The position numbers and the translations under genes are program-made. The notes under the pieces are model-generated. The model did not search any database and was not told where the DNA came from. It saw only the letters and a program-made list of their open reading frames with translations. A stretch of 18,112 nucleotides of DNA. Origin: Pseudobacteriovorax sp. (GTDB taxonomy: Bacteria > Bdellovibrionota_B > Oligoflexia > Oligoflexales > Oligoflexaceae). The DNA lies in assembly GCA_050293845.1 (NCBI GenBank), contig JBNKNM010000105.1, forward strand, positions 1 through 18,112, in the 5' to 3' direction. This document shows positions 1-8,227 of the stretch, in pieces (position 1 is the first letter of the stretch; each line of letters opens with the position of its first letter).

Positions 1-1258
1 ACTTTTGTCGATAAGCGAAAGCTAACTGCGCGGTCCAAATAACAGCTTCAGGGTCATCAGCATTAACATGAAAAACCGGCGCTCTCACAATTTTTGCAAT
101 ATCAGAGCTGTAGTGACAAGAACGGCCTTCCTCGGGATCGGTTGTGAAGCCAACTTGGTTATTGGTGATCACATGGATAGTCCCACCAGTTTTGTAAGAG
201 TCTAATGCCGACAGATTTAAGGTTTCTGCCACCAGTCCCTGGCCAATAAAGGAAGCATCCCCGTGGATCAAGAGTGGTAACACATTCACCTGATCCACAT
301 CGTCAAGCATGAGCTGCCGCGCTTTGACAAAGCCTTCAACCACAGGATTCACTGCTTCCAGATGACTCGGATTAGGGCTTAAATACACCCGCAGCTGCTC
401 TCCAGCAAAAGTATCAATATTATTGGCAAAACCCTTGTGATATTTCACATCACCATCGATACCATAAGATGCGGTATCGCTACCTTCGAATTCCTTCAGC
501 ATCAATTCGTAAGGCTTACCCATAAAATTAGCAAGAACATTGAGACGACCGCGATGAGCCATGCCCACACAGAGTTCCTCTACGCGAGCCATCTTAGCTT
601 CACTAGCGACTGCATCGAGTAAGGGAATCAGGGATTCCAGACCCTCTAAAGAAAATCTCTTTTGCCCAAGATAGCGATCTTGCAGGAATTTTTCAAAACC
701 CTCCGCATGAATCAGCTTTTCTAAAATACGCTTCTTAAACTGATTCGATATTTTGGGCTTATTCCGACAGGACTCCATCCTTTCTTGAAACCACAGAATT
801 TCTTCGATCTCGTTAATATCGCGGAAATCTGCACCAATCTTCCCACAGTAGGTTTCATGAAGCAACTTATTGATTTCACTAAAAGTAGTAGGAGATTTTA
901 TGGTTAAATTAACGGGATGAAATTCCTGATTAGGATTCACGTTGCCCAACCCATGATCGGCTGGGTCTAGAGACTCCTTCGGCGAAGGTTCTTCCTCAAG
1001 AGGATTAAGGTGAGCATTCAGATGACCTAATCGGCGGTACAAATTGATAAAAGCCTCTACCTTTGCTTCACCTTCATCTCCACCAGCTGCTAAATTTGAC
1101 TTTGTGCTTAAGGCAAACTCATAACCTTCAAAAAATTGTTTCCAAGTTACATCAACACTGTTCGGGTCGTTGCGGTAGTCTTGATATAACCCCTCCACAA
1201 ACGAGGCATTTGTTCCATTGGCAAATGTGAACTTTCCTCCGTCAATCACACCTTTCAT
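1..1258 (-). CDS. sucA: 2-oxoglutarate dehydrogenase E1 component (5' part; runs off the left edge)
   Basis: Not in the ORF track. Manual minus-strand translation from ATG at 1258 gives MKGVIDGGKFTFANGTNASFVEGLYQDYRNDPNSVDVTWKQFFEG, with E1o motifs YRRLGH, TYCG, QKRFSLEG, GMAHRGRLNVL, GDVKYH, NPSHLE, HGDASFIGQG and HVNADDPEAV in one frame down to the edge. AAGGA/AAGGT RBS upstream. Confidence 0.97.
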   Translation of the reverse strand, partial: MKGVIDGGKFTFANGTNASFVEGLYQDYRNDPNSVDVTWKQFFEGYEFALSTKSNLAAGGDEGEAKVEAFINLYRRLGHLNAHLNPLEEEPSPKESLDPADHGLGNVNPNQEFHPVNLTIKSPTTFSEINKLLHETYCGKIGADFRDINEIEEILWFQERMESCRNKPKISNQFKKRILEKLIHAEGFEKFLQDRYLGQKRFSLEGLESLIPLLDAVASEAKMARVEELCVGMAHRGRLNVLANFMGKPYELMLKEFEGSDTASYGIDGDVKYHKGFANNIDTFAGEQLRVYLSPNPSHLEAVNPVVEGFVKARQLMLDDVDQVNVLPLLIHGDASFIGQGLVAETLNLSALDSYKTGGTIHVITNNQVGFTTDPEEGRSCHYSSDIAKIVRAPVFHVNADDPEAVIWTAQLAFAYRQK

Positions 1259-1288
1259 CTGAAAGACCTTTCCTTAGTTCCGCGATTT

Positions 1289-2683
1289 TTATGCGTGTAG
1301 CGACTTTTTATCGACACCTAAAGCCGCTTCTTTAATGACTTCAGCTAAAGTTGGGTGGGCATGGACCGAGCGACCAATATCCTCAGCACTTGCCGTATAT
1401 TCAACACCAATGGCAAGTTCTGCAATCAGCTCCGAAGCAGAGGGGCCAACGATATGAGCACCAATGATAGTATCGGTACGTTTATCAGCAATTATTTTAA
1501 CAAAACCATCAGTTTCGCCCATACACTTAGCGCGACCATTGGGAGCAAAAGGAAATTTTCCGATTTTGATTTCTATTCCCTGATCCTTACACTCCTGCTC
1601 ACTCAATCCTATGGTAGCCACTTCAGGCCAGGTATATACTACATTCGGGATAGCCTTGTAGTTGACATGGCCAGCTTTGCCTGCGATCAGTTCCACACAA
1701 GCCACACCTTCTTCCTCAGCCTTATGGGCAAGCATGGGACCGTCAATAACATCGCCAATTGCGTAGACATTTGGAATTGCAGTGCGGTAGTGCTCATCTA
1801 CAGCTATCTTACCATTCTTCTCCGTTGTAAGCCCTACAGCTTCCAGCCCGAGACCATCTGTATAAGCCCGTCGCCCTACAGCGACTAGCAGTTTATCACA
1901 GGGGATTTCCATTGTTTCATTACTTTTTTCACAGATGACTGTGAGCTCCCGAGGCTTTTTCTTTAATGCAGTAAAGCGGGTTTTCTCATGGAACTCTAGA
2001 CCCTCTTTACTTAGTACCTTTTTCATGGTCCTAATGACATCTTTATCCATCATGGGGAGTATGGAATCCATTGCTTCAATGACAGTGACCTTGGCCCCTA
2101 GTCGGGCCCAAACACTTCCTAACTCCAAGCCGATAACTCCGCCACCAATCACTACCAGGCGCTTAGGAACTTTATTAAAGTTTAAGGCCCCTGTGGAGTC
2201 GACTACTGTGTCACCATCGAAGGGAGCCATAGGGAGTTCAATAGGCGCACTGCCAGTAGAAATAATGACATGTTTTGCGTTTAATACCACTTCTTTTTCG
2301 CCCCGGACTTTAATTTTTCCAGGACCCGTGAAGCTGCCTACACCTTTGAAGTAGCTGATTTTATTTTTCTTAATTAAATAATCGACACCGTCCACTAGTT
2401 GCTTTACAACGCTGTTTTTATGGCTGTGGATCTTTTCGAGATCGAACCCTACCTTGCTATAGGTAACCCCTAGACTTTCTACTTTGTGGAGAGCTTGATG
2501 GTAAGCCTCACTGGATTGCAACAGCGCCTTACTGGGTATACAGCCCACATTAAGACAGGTGCCCCCCAGAGTGCCACGGCTTTCAATAAGGGCTGTTTTA
2601 AACCCTAGCTGGGCAGCCCGGATTGCTGCGACGTATCCGCCTGGACCACCTCCAATAATAGTAATGTCGAATTGTTCAGACAT
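1289..2683 (-). CDS. lpdA: dihydrolipoyl dehydrogenase (E3)
   Basis: FAD-binding IGGGPGG, redox disulfide GGTCLNVGCIPSK, NAD-binding GGGVIGLE, C-terminal HAHPTLAE; lies between sucB and sucA. Confidence 0.97.
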   Translation of the reverse strand: MSEQFDITIIGGGPGGYVAAIRAAQLGFKTALIESRGTLGGTCLNVGCIPSKALLQSSEAYHQALHKVESLGVTYSKVGFDLEKIHSHKNSVVKQLVDGVDYLIKKNKISYFKGVGSFTGPGKIKVRGEKEVVLNAKHVIISTGSAPIELPMAPFDGDTVVDSTGALNFNKVPKRLVVIGGGVIGLELGSVWARLGAKVTVIEAMDSILPMMDKDVIRTMKKVLSKEGLEFHEKTRFTALKKKPRELTVICEKSNETMEIPCDKLLVAVGRRAYTDGLGLEAVGLTTEKNGKIAVDEHYRTAIPNVYAIGDVIDGPMLAHKAEEEGVACVELIAGKAGHVNYKAIPNVVYTWPEVATIGLSEQECKDQGIEIKIGKFPFAPNGRAKCMGETDGFVKIIADKRTDTIIGAHIVGPSASELIAELAIGVEYTASAEDIGRSVHAHPTLAEVIKEAALGVDKKSLHA

Positions 2684-2687
2684 ATTC

Positions 2688-3917
2688 CTACACTCCTAGT
2701 AATAATCGAGACGGATCTTCGATATTTTCTTTGATTTTGACAAGAAAGCTCACAGCTTCCTTGCCATCGACAATGCGGTGATCGTAAGATAGTGCCAAAT
2801 ACATCATGGGCCTGACAACAATTTCTCCATTGACTACCATAGGTCGTTCCTGGATTTTATGCATGCCCAGTATTGCACTTTGGGGTGGATTTAAAATGGG
2901 TGTCGATAGTAAGGAGCCAAAAACACCACCATTGGAGATAGTAAACGTTCCCCCAGAAAGATCGTCCACTGAAATTTTGCCATCCCTACCTTTTTTTGCA
3001 TACTCTAAGATAGCATTCTCAACACCAGCAAAGCTAAGCTTGTCGCAATCGCGAACCACAGGAACCATCAACCCGCGGTTGGTAGAAACGGCGATACCTA
3101 TATCATAATAGTCATGATATATTATGTCTGTCCCATCTACATAGCCATTTATGGCGGGAAATGCTTTCAAAGCTTCAACAACAGCTTTCACAAAAAAGCT
3201 CATAAAGCCTAGCCCCACACCATGGACTTCTTTGAAGTTATCTTTGTACTGCTTACGGATGCCCATGACTGCGGACATATCCACTTCATTGAAGGTGGTA
3301 AGCATAGCTGCAGTATGTTGCGCTTCCACCAGTCTTTCGGCAATCCTTTGTCGCAGGCGAGTCATTTTTTCTCTGCGTATCCCACGATCGCCGGATGCTA
3401 CAGGGGGTTCAGAGCTTGTGGGATTAGTGCCTATGTGACCCTGTGTAGAGGGTTGACTCTGGTGATTGATAAGATCTGCTTTTGTCAGCCGACCTCCGCG
3501 ACCAGAACCCAGAATAGCAGCAGAGTCTATATTTTCTTCTTTAACCATACGCGCCACAGCTGGGCTTTGGGGCCTGGGATCGTGGGAAGCTGCTCCGACA
3601 CCAGACTCTTCAGATTGCGGCTGAGTTACCGGAGCACTTGGCTCTCCAGTTTTACTAGTATCAGCGTCAGCAGGCTTTTGTGCATTGGTATCAATTTCCG
3701 CAAGTAGGTCGTTGACGGTAACCGTGTCACCTTCGGCAACTTTTAAGGAAATAACACCTGAAGCCTCGGCAACGATCTCCACGGTTGCTTTATCTGTTTC
3801 AAGCTCAACGAGAACGTCGTCTAGCTCAACATAATCCCCGTCACTCTTATGCCACTTGTAAACTTCACCTTCCTGCACTGACTCTCCAACTGCGGGAACG
3901 CGCACTTCAAAGGCCAT
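2688..3917 (-). CDS. sucB: 2-oxoglutarate dehydrogenase E2, dihydrolipoyllysine-residue succinyltransferase
   Basis: Lipoyl domain (ETDKA), subunit-binding domain (SPAVARM...[13 protein letters not shown]), catalytic DHRIVDG. Start moved from 4001 to ATG 3917 (MAFEVRVP), which follows an AGGAG RBS. Confidence 0.96.
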   Translation of the reverse strand: MAFEVRVPAVGESVQEGEVYKWHKSDGDYVELDDVLVELETDKATVEIVAEASGVISLKVAEGDTVTVNDLLAEIDTNAQKPADADTSKTGEPSAPVTQPQSEESGVGAASHDPRPQSPAVARMVKEENIDSAAILGSGRGGRLTKADLINHQSQPSTQGHIGTNPTSSEPPVASGDRGIRREKMTRLRQRIAERLVEAQHTAAMLTTFNEVDMSAVMGIRKQYKDNFKEVHGVGLGFMSFFVKAVVEALKAFPAINGYVDGTDIIYHDYYDIGIAVSTNRGLMVPVVRDCDKLSFAGVENAILEYAKKGRDGKISVDDLSGGTFTISNGGVFGSLLSTPILNPPQSAILGMHKIQERPMVVNGEIVVRPMMYLALSYDHRIVDGKEAVSFLVKIKENIEDPSRLLLGV

Positions 3918-4197
3918 ATCAACAACTCCTAAATTTTTAATCTGTGGCCAGCACCAGTGGTGATACCAGCGGTAGTTATGGTCTGAAATCCATACAGACA
4001 CACTGCCATTTCAGAACGCAACTAGGACTATCATACTCTAACTTATATAAGCGCGGTCAGGAACAAATTGCCCTAATGGCCCGTAGCCCTAGACCGCAGC
4101 TATCTATCGATATATGGAACTATTGGCCAAATGTTGCAACCGTTATTGGTGAAATGAAACGATTTAATTGTCACCAGATGGGGGAGGGAACGAATAC

Positions 4198-5031
4198 TCA
4201 GGGTGCACTATCGGTGGCAGACTCTGTAAATCTCGCGAAGAATTTCAATGCATCGTTTATCATAGTCAAATGCCCTTGACTGTCAAACCCTTGTCCCTCA
4301 GACGAGAAGGTCTTACGGGTCACTCGTATCTGACTTGCTGCTAAGGTTTCCGTAAAAGCTTTAGCCTGTTTTTTAATATCCGCAGGGCTGGAATCTGCGT
4401 AATATACATAGACTAGCGATGGTAATCCATCGTAATCCCAAGCCAAAGACCTTTTTTCCAAAGCCTCTCCCTGCTCAAGCTGCTGCAAGTGCAACAGCGC
4501 CTTTTGCAGCTCCTGATGGGTGCCTGAACTGATTGCCAACTCCATATCAAAGAGACCTTCTGAAAAAATAACCCAGTTAGTGTCAATGGACTTAGCCAGC
4601 CGCCCGGCCATAATTGAGGATGTACCATGGGCCCAAAGCCCTGCAATGGGTGTGTCGAAGCTATCTAGATTGACAACAAAAGCTTCGAGCGCATGATCAC
4701 TACCAAAACTTCTTGCATTGCCATTCTCCTGAGGTTCTTCTATCTCAATAGTAGAATAACCTTTAGTTAAAAAGGCTTGTACGTGAGGATCATCGCAAGC
4801 GCTAGCCGATAGCTCTTTAGGAGCATATATCAGCAAAACTGTCTCGCCTTTCCCACCCGGGGAACACTTGCGCCATAGTTGCTTAACACCATCTTTTTCC
4901 AAAGTGCCACTCTTCTGGGTAAATGCAACTTTCTTCCCGGTCACCTGCTCCTTGATTAATTTACTTCTTTGGTAGTCAGTTTGATTTGTAGTACAGGCCA
5001 CTATAGCTAACAAAAAAAGAATTAACGGCAT
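4198..5031 (-). CDS. putative lipoprotein with a degenerate alpha/beta-hydrolase-like fold
   Basis: Signal peptide with lipobox-like IVA-C (MPLILFLLAIVAC). Segments resemble hydrolase elements: AFLTKGYSTIEIE, IAGLWAHGTSSIMA, IFSEGLFDM, TFSSEGQGF. Confidence 0.65.
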   Translation of the reverse strand: MPLILFLLAIVACTTNQTDYQRSKLIKEQVTGKKVAFTQKSGTLEKDGVKQLWRKCSPGGKGETVLLIYAPKELSASACDDPHVQAFLTKGYSTIEIEEPQENGNARSFGSDHALEAFVVNLDSFDTPIAGLWAHGTSSIMAGRLAKSIDTNWVIFSEGLFDMELAISSGTHQELQKALLHLQQLEQGEALEKRSLAWDYDGLPSLVYVYYADSSPADIKKQAKAFTETLAASQIRVTRKTFSSEGQGFDSQGHLTMINDALKFFARFTESATDSAP

Positions 5032-5045
5032 AATACGCTCTATGA

Positions 5046-5378
5046 CTAATAAGGATTTTCATAAAATATATAGTTCGTCCCATAATCGCTTATCTCGAAA
5101 TAGATCTTTTTCTCATCAGGATCCTTGGTAAAGTTCATATTTTTATCAAAAACCCCATATCCAAAACGATAAGGACGGGCCCCAGTTCCAGAGGTCGCTG
5201 TAGCTGTTGTCAGTTTATCAATTTCGATAAACCGATACATGACCTTTCCCTCACTAACCACGTCCAGAACACCATTGGTACCAGTCCAGTTCTGAACACT
5301 TCTAGAAATCTTATTTTGCATCTCTTGCGTACAGGAAAGACTAAAAAGCAGCAAAAAGCAAAGTATAATACGTATCAT
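5046..5378 (-). CDS. small putative lipoprotein of unknown function
   Basis: Start moved to ATG 5378 behind a GGAGG RBS. MIRIILCFLLLFSLS-C is a lipoprotein signal; the mature part is beta-rich and about 95 aa. Confidence 0.75.
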   Translation of the reverse strand: MIRIILCFLLLFSLSCTQEMQNKISRSVQNWTGTNGVLDVVSEGKVMYRFIEIDKLTTATATSGTGARPYRFGYGVFDKNMNFTKDPDEKKIYFEISDYGTNYIFYENPY

Positions 5379-5395
5379 CTTGGAACGCCTCCCTG

Positions 5396-5429
5396 AAAAA
5401 TTTACCATCACTTCTATGAACGATGGCGA
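5396..5429 (-). terminator. possible weak intrinsic terminator or hairpin after the bactofilin gene
   Basis: Minus strand GCCATCG-TTC-ATA-GAA-G-TGATGGT followed by AAATTTTT, just after the bactofilin stop. The U-tract is not directly adjacent to the stem. Confidence 0.3.
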
Positions 5430-5441
5430 GAAAAATCGAGC

Positions 5442-5957
5442 TTAAACTTCAGCAGTAACTTCGCGCGACTTGATATTCACCTCAGGAAGTGATCCATTTG
5501 CGGCGTGAATATCCTCAATGTCAGGCTCCGCAACATCATCGTTAGCAAGCTTGACAGGTTGGTAGCTGGTATCAACATCGACTTCGTTTTCCATTGTGGA
5601 GCGTCCACTAAACTTAGCTCCTTCCTCAATGACCAAAGACGGTGCCACAACATCCCCTATAAACGTACAGGTACGACTCATTTCGACGCGCGTTTTCGCT
5701 TTAATAGTTCCTGTTATTTTGCCCTGCAGAACAATCTCTTCACAGGTAATTTTGGCATTCACAACGGCTTCCTCTTCCAAAATCAGTAGTCCTTCGGAGA
5801 TGATTTCCCCTTCGACACGCCCCCCGACACGAGTCGAGCCTCGGCAGTACATTTTACCAGCAAAGTGGCAGCCGCTAGTCAGAATAGTTACCGCGTAATC
5901 CTTTGATTGCTCTTTCTTAACCTGCTTCACAGTAGCCTTCTTTTGATTATTAAACAA
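5442..5957 (-). CDS. bactofilin (polymer-forming cytoskeletal protein, CcmA family)
   Basis: Beta-helix repeat pattern VTILTSGCHFAGKM...RVGGRVEGEI...VLQGKITGTI...FIGDVVAPSLVIEEGAKFSG. Probable TTG start at 5957 (MFNNQKK) 5 nt after GGAGG; acidic low-complexity C-terminal tail. Confidence 0.9.
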   Translation of the reverse strand: MFNNQKKATVKQVKKEQSKDYAVTILTSGCHFAGKMYCRGSTRVGGRVEGEIISEGLLILEEEAVVNAKITCEEIVLQGKITGTIKAKTRVEMSRTCTFIGDVVAPSLVIEEGAKFSGRSTMENEVDVDTSYQPVKLANDDVAEPDIEDIHAANGSLPEVNIKSREVTAEV

Positions 5958-6069
5958 GTTAGCCTCCAAACCAATTATCAGTCATTAGTTTCATTGCCTG
6001 TCTTAATGAATCTACCGCGAAAATCATCATATAATAGGAGAATGAACCACAGAAAAGAGCATCAACTAA

Positions 6070-6720
6070 ATGACTAAAACTATTATAACACCAATACCAG
6101 ATCTAAAAGTGCCTAGCTCCCCCTTATATTGGATCGGAAAAGATTCGTGGCCCCCTATTGCCCACCAGTTTTACCTGAACTCTACCAGAGCTTTTTCATC
6201 CTTGACTATAATGAAAAGACCGCCCATTTACAAATACGAGAAGTCCAGATGGCAACACCAGGTTTTTGAATTTATCCTAAAAGGGGAAAATCAGCTGTTG
6301 TCCTGGTGCGAAGTCCAGTTATTTGGTGGCAAAATAAGACAGGGTTTGTTTTTTTCTAACCTTGCGGATTTCAGTGCCGGTGATAAAAACACCACGATAG
6401 GCCTGCTCATTACAGCAGCAATAATCAATTATGACATTGATATTATTAAGATAATGGATGAATCTTTAAGCTTTCCCCTAGGCGAGTTAAAATCATACTT
6501 AACCTTCAGCCGAGGAAGTCAACGGCCCCTTCGTAAAAATTATCTAGAACTTAGCCGTGAGCAGTGGATGGAGCGATTTCAGGGGGAAGACTTTGTTAGA
6601 TCCTTGCGCTTTCTACAGATACGCAAAATACGCCAAAAAAACACGAAAAAAAACCCTCCTAAGAAAAGAGGGCTTATCGCTAGAATTTTTCGTCCCCGTA
6701 TTGAGGACTCAATTTTTTAA
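6070..6720 (+). CDS. hypothetical protein, possibly a degenerate RimJ/RimL-type GNAT fold with a basic amphipathic C-terminus
   Basis: 216-aa ORF filling the gap between the bactofilin and the 6752-7054 gene. TATAAT at 6030-6035 upstream. Similarity to GNATs judged by eye only. Confidence 0.6.
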   Translation: MTKTIITPIPDLKVPSSPLYWIGKDSWPPIAHQFYLNSTRAFSSLTIMKRPPIYKYEKSRWQHQVFEFILKGENQLLSWCEVQLFGGKIRQGLFFSNLADFSAGDKNTTIGLLITAAIINYDIDIIKIMDESLSFPLGELKSYLTFSRGSQRPLRKNYLELSREQWMERFQGEDFVRSLRFLQIRKIRQKNTKKNPPKKRGLIARIFRPRIEDSIF

Positions 6721-6751
6721 AAGCTGTCTAACCAGAGCTTTAGTCGATATT

Positions 6752-7054
6752 TCAAGCATTATCCTCTTCTTCGGTCGGGAACCAATTCTGGAGAGCTTTA
6801 ATGATATCCTTACCTTGCTTAGCACTTGAAATATTAAACTTGCTCTGCTGCCGATAGACACCGTTACGCTTCTGATACCGACGAATAGACACCTTCTGAG
6901 GCCCATATTCTTCAGTCTTCTTATCAAGCTCCTGATATAGGAACATGATAGTTGTCCAACTGCCTCGGGTAAGTACATGCTTATCAAGCTGCTTTATGAT
7001 GACTTTATCATCTTCAACATACTCAATTTCTATATCGTCAATAGTTTCAGCCAT
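6752..7054 (-). CDS. conserved hypothetical protein, possibly PC4-like ssDNA-binding fold
   Basis: 100 aa, AAGGA RBS upstream. KVSIRRYQKRNGVYRQQSKFNISSAKQGKDIIKAL resembles the PC4/YdbC beta-hairpin-plus-helix pattern. Confidence 0.75.
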   Translation of the reverse strand: MAETIDDIEIEYVEDDKVIIKQLDKHVLTRGSWTTIMFLYQELDKKTEEYGPQKVSIRRYQKRNGVYRQQSKFNISSAKQGKDIIKALQNWFPTEEEDNA

Positions 7055-7131
7055 ATCACGCGGTCCTTATCATTAGAATGCGACGGCAAACATACGCCAA
7101 ATTAACTCTACAAAATAATTGTAGCGCGAAT

Positions 7132-7521
7132 TTACCGCTTAGAAAACTGGAAGCGTGCCCTTGCACCCTTTTGCCCATAAAGCTTGCGCTCTTTCTTACG
7201 GGCATCTCTGGTAATTAAACCATTAGATTTTAGTACTTTACGATTATCAGGGTCGATTTCAGCCAATGCACGACTAATAGCATGGCGGATAGCTCCGGCT
7301 TGCCCTGACAACCCACCTCCGCAAACATTAACCAAAATATCAAACTTGCCAACACTGTCGGTAAGCTCTAGAGGTTGATTGATTACCATTTTGGATGTCG
7401 CTCTAATGTAATATTCGTCAATATCACGACTGTTAATAGTAATTTTCCCTTGGCCGGGCTTAACATAGGCACGCGCTATGGATGTTTTTCTTTTTCCCAC
7501 AGTATGAATAGCTTTTGACAT
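7132..7521 (-). CDS. rpsI: 30S ribosomal protein S9
   Basis: [29 protein letters not shown]-terminal [10 protein letters not shown]. Confidence 0.99.
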   Translation of the reverse strand: MSKAIHTVGKRKTSIARAYVKPGQGKITINSRDIDEYYIRATSKMVINQPLELTDSVGKFDILVNVCGGGLSGQAGAIRHAISRALAEIDPDNRKVLKSNGLITRDARKKERKLYGQKGARARFQFSKR

Positions 7522-7533
7522 GATTCTTCCTTC

Positions 7534-7971
7534 CTAAGCAAGTCTAGATGGTGCTGGGACTGGCTTTTGTGCTTCATGAGGATGCTCGCTACCCGCATAG
7601 ACTTTAAGGTTACCTAAAACCTTTCGTCCTAATTTGTTATGCGGCAGCATGCCCTTGACAGCAATACTTACCAAACGATCTGGGTAAGTATCGAGCATAT
7701 CTTTAGCTACTGTTGATTTGATTCCACCGATATAGTTGGTATGACGGTAGTAAAATTTAGCATCCCACTTATTACCCGTCAAAGATACCTTATCAGCATT
7801 AACCACAATAACATTATCCCCACAATCGAGGTGAGGTACAAATGTTGGCTTGTGTTTTCCTCTTAGAAGTCTTGCAACTTCACTAGCAACGCGTCCTAAA
7901 GATTTATCTTTCGCGTCTACAAGTAGCCACTGCTTGTTTATATCAGATGGCGTCACGCTTTGTGTTTTCAT
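7534..7971 (-). CDS. rplM: 50S ribosomal protein L13
   Basis: WLLVDA, LGRVASEVARLLRGKHKPTFVPHLDCGDNVIVVNA, VKGMLP, HPHEAQKP; canonical rplM-rpsI operon. Confidence 0.99.
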   Translation of the reverse strand: MKTQSVTPSDINKQWLLVDAKDKSLGRVASEVARLLRGKHKPTFVPHLDCGDNVIVVNADKVSLTGNKWDAKFYYRHTNYIGGIKSTVAKDMLDTYPDRLVSIAVKGMLPHNKLGRKVLGNLKVYAGSEHPHEAQKPVPAPSRLA

Positions 7972-8034
7972 TACTTAAATTCTCTCCAGAATACTTTCTT
8001 TTTGTCTATTGACAAATTCAACATAGAGGGCCGG

Positions 8035-8064
8035 ACTATATATGATATTTCAAACTGTCGTCAA
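8035..8064 (-). promoter_or_regulatory. sigma70 promoter of rplM-rpsI with a GC-rich discriminator
   Basis: Minus strand TTGACG (8064-8059), 18-nt spacer, TATAGT (8040-8035), then CCGGCCC, as typical of stringently controlled ribosomal promoters. Confidence 0.7.
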
Positions 8065-8227
8065 TAGCTTGTTACAATTCTTCATGCCCCAGATCCGAAA
8101 TTTTCCCCTGACTCACCACGGTTTCGAAAAAAAGTGTCCTCATTAGCTATGGTTAACTCCGGGAGTTTTTTTTCTCCTACATGAATGACGATGGGAGTGA
8201 AGAACCTGTTCGTCAACCAGCTTTTAG

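Noticed and set aside
437..3707. Plus-strand ORFs at 437, 1355, 1935, 2806, 3151 and 3222
   Set aside because: All are antisense shadows of sucA, lpdA or sucB, with no recognisable domains.
3944..4279. 111-aa plus-strand ORF in the sucB upstream region
   Set aside because: No RBS or recognisable motif; it covers the sucB promoter/leader and overlaps the end of the lipoprotein gene.
8095..8227. Short inverted repeats after asnS (AACTCC/GGAGTT, TGACGA/TCGTCA)
   Set aside because: The stems are short or have too small a loop, and the long T-tract is on the plus strand; no terminator or RNA can be called with confidence.
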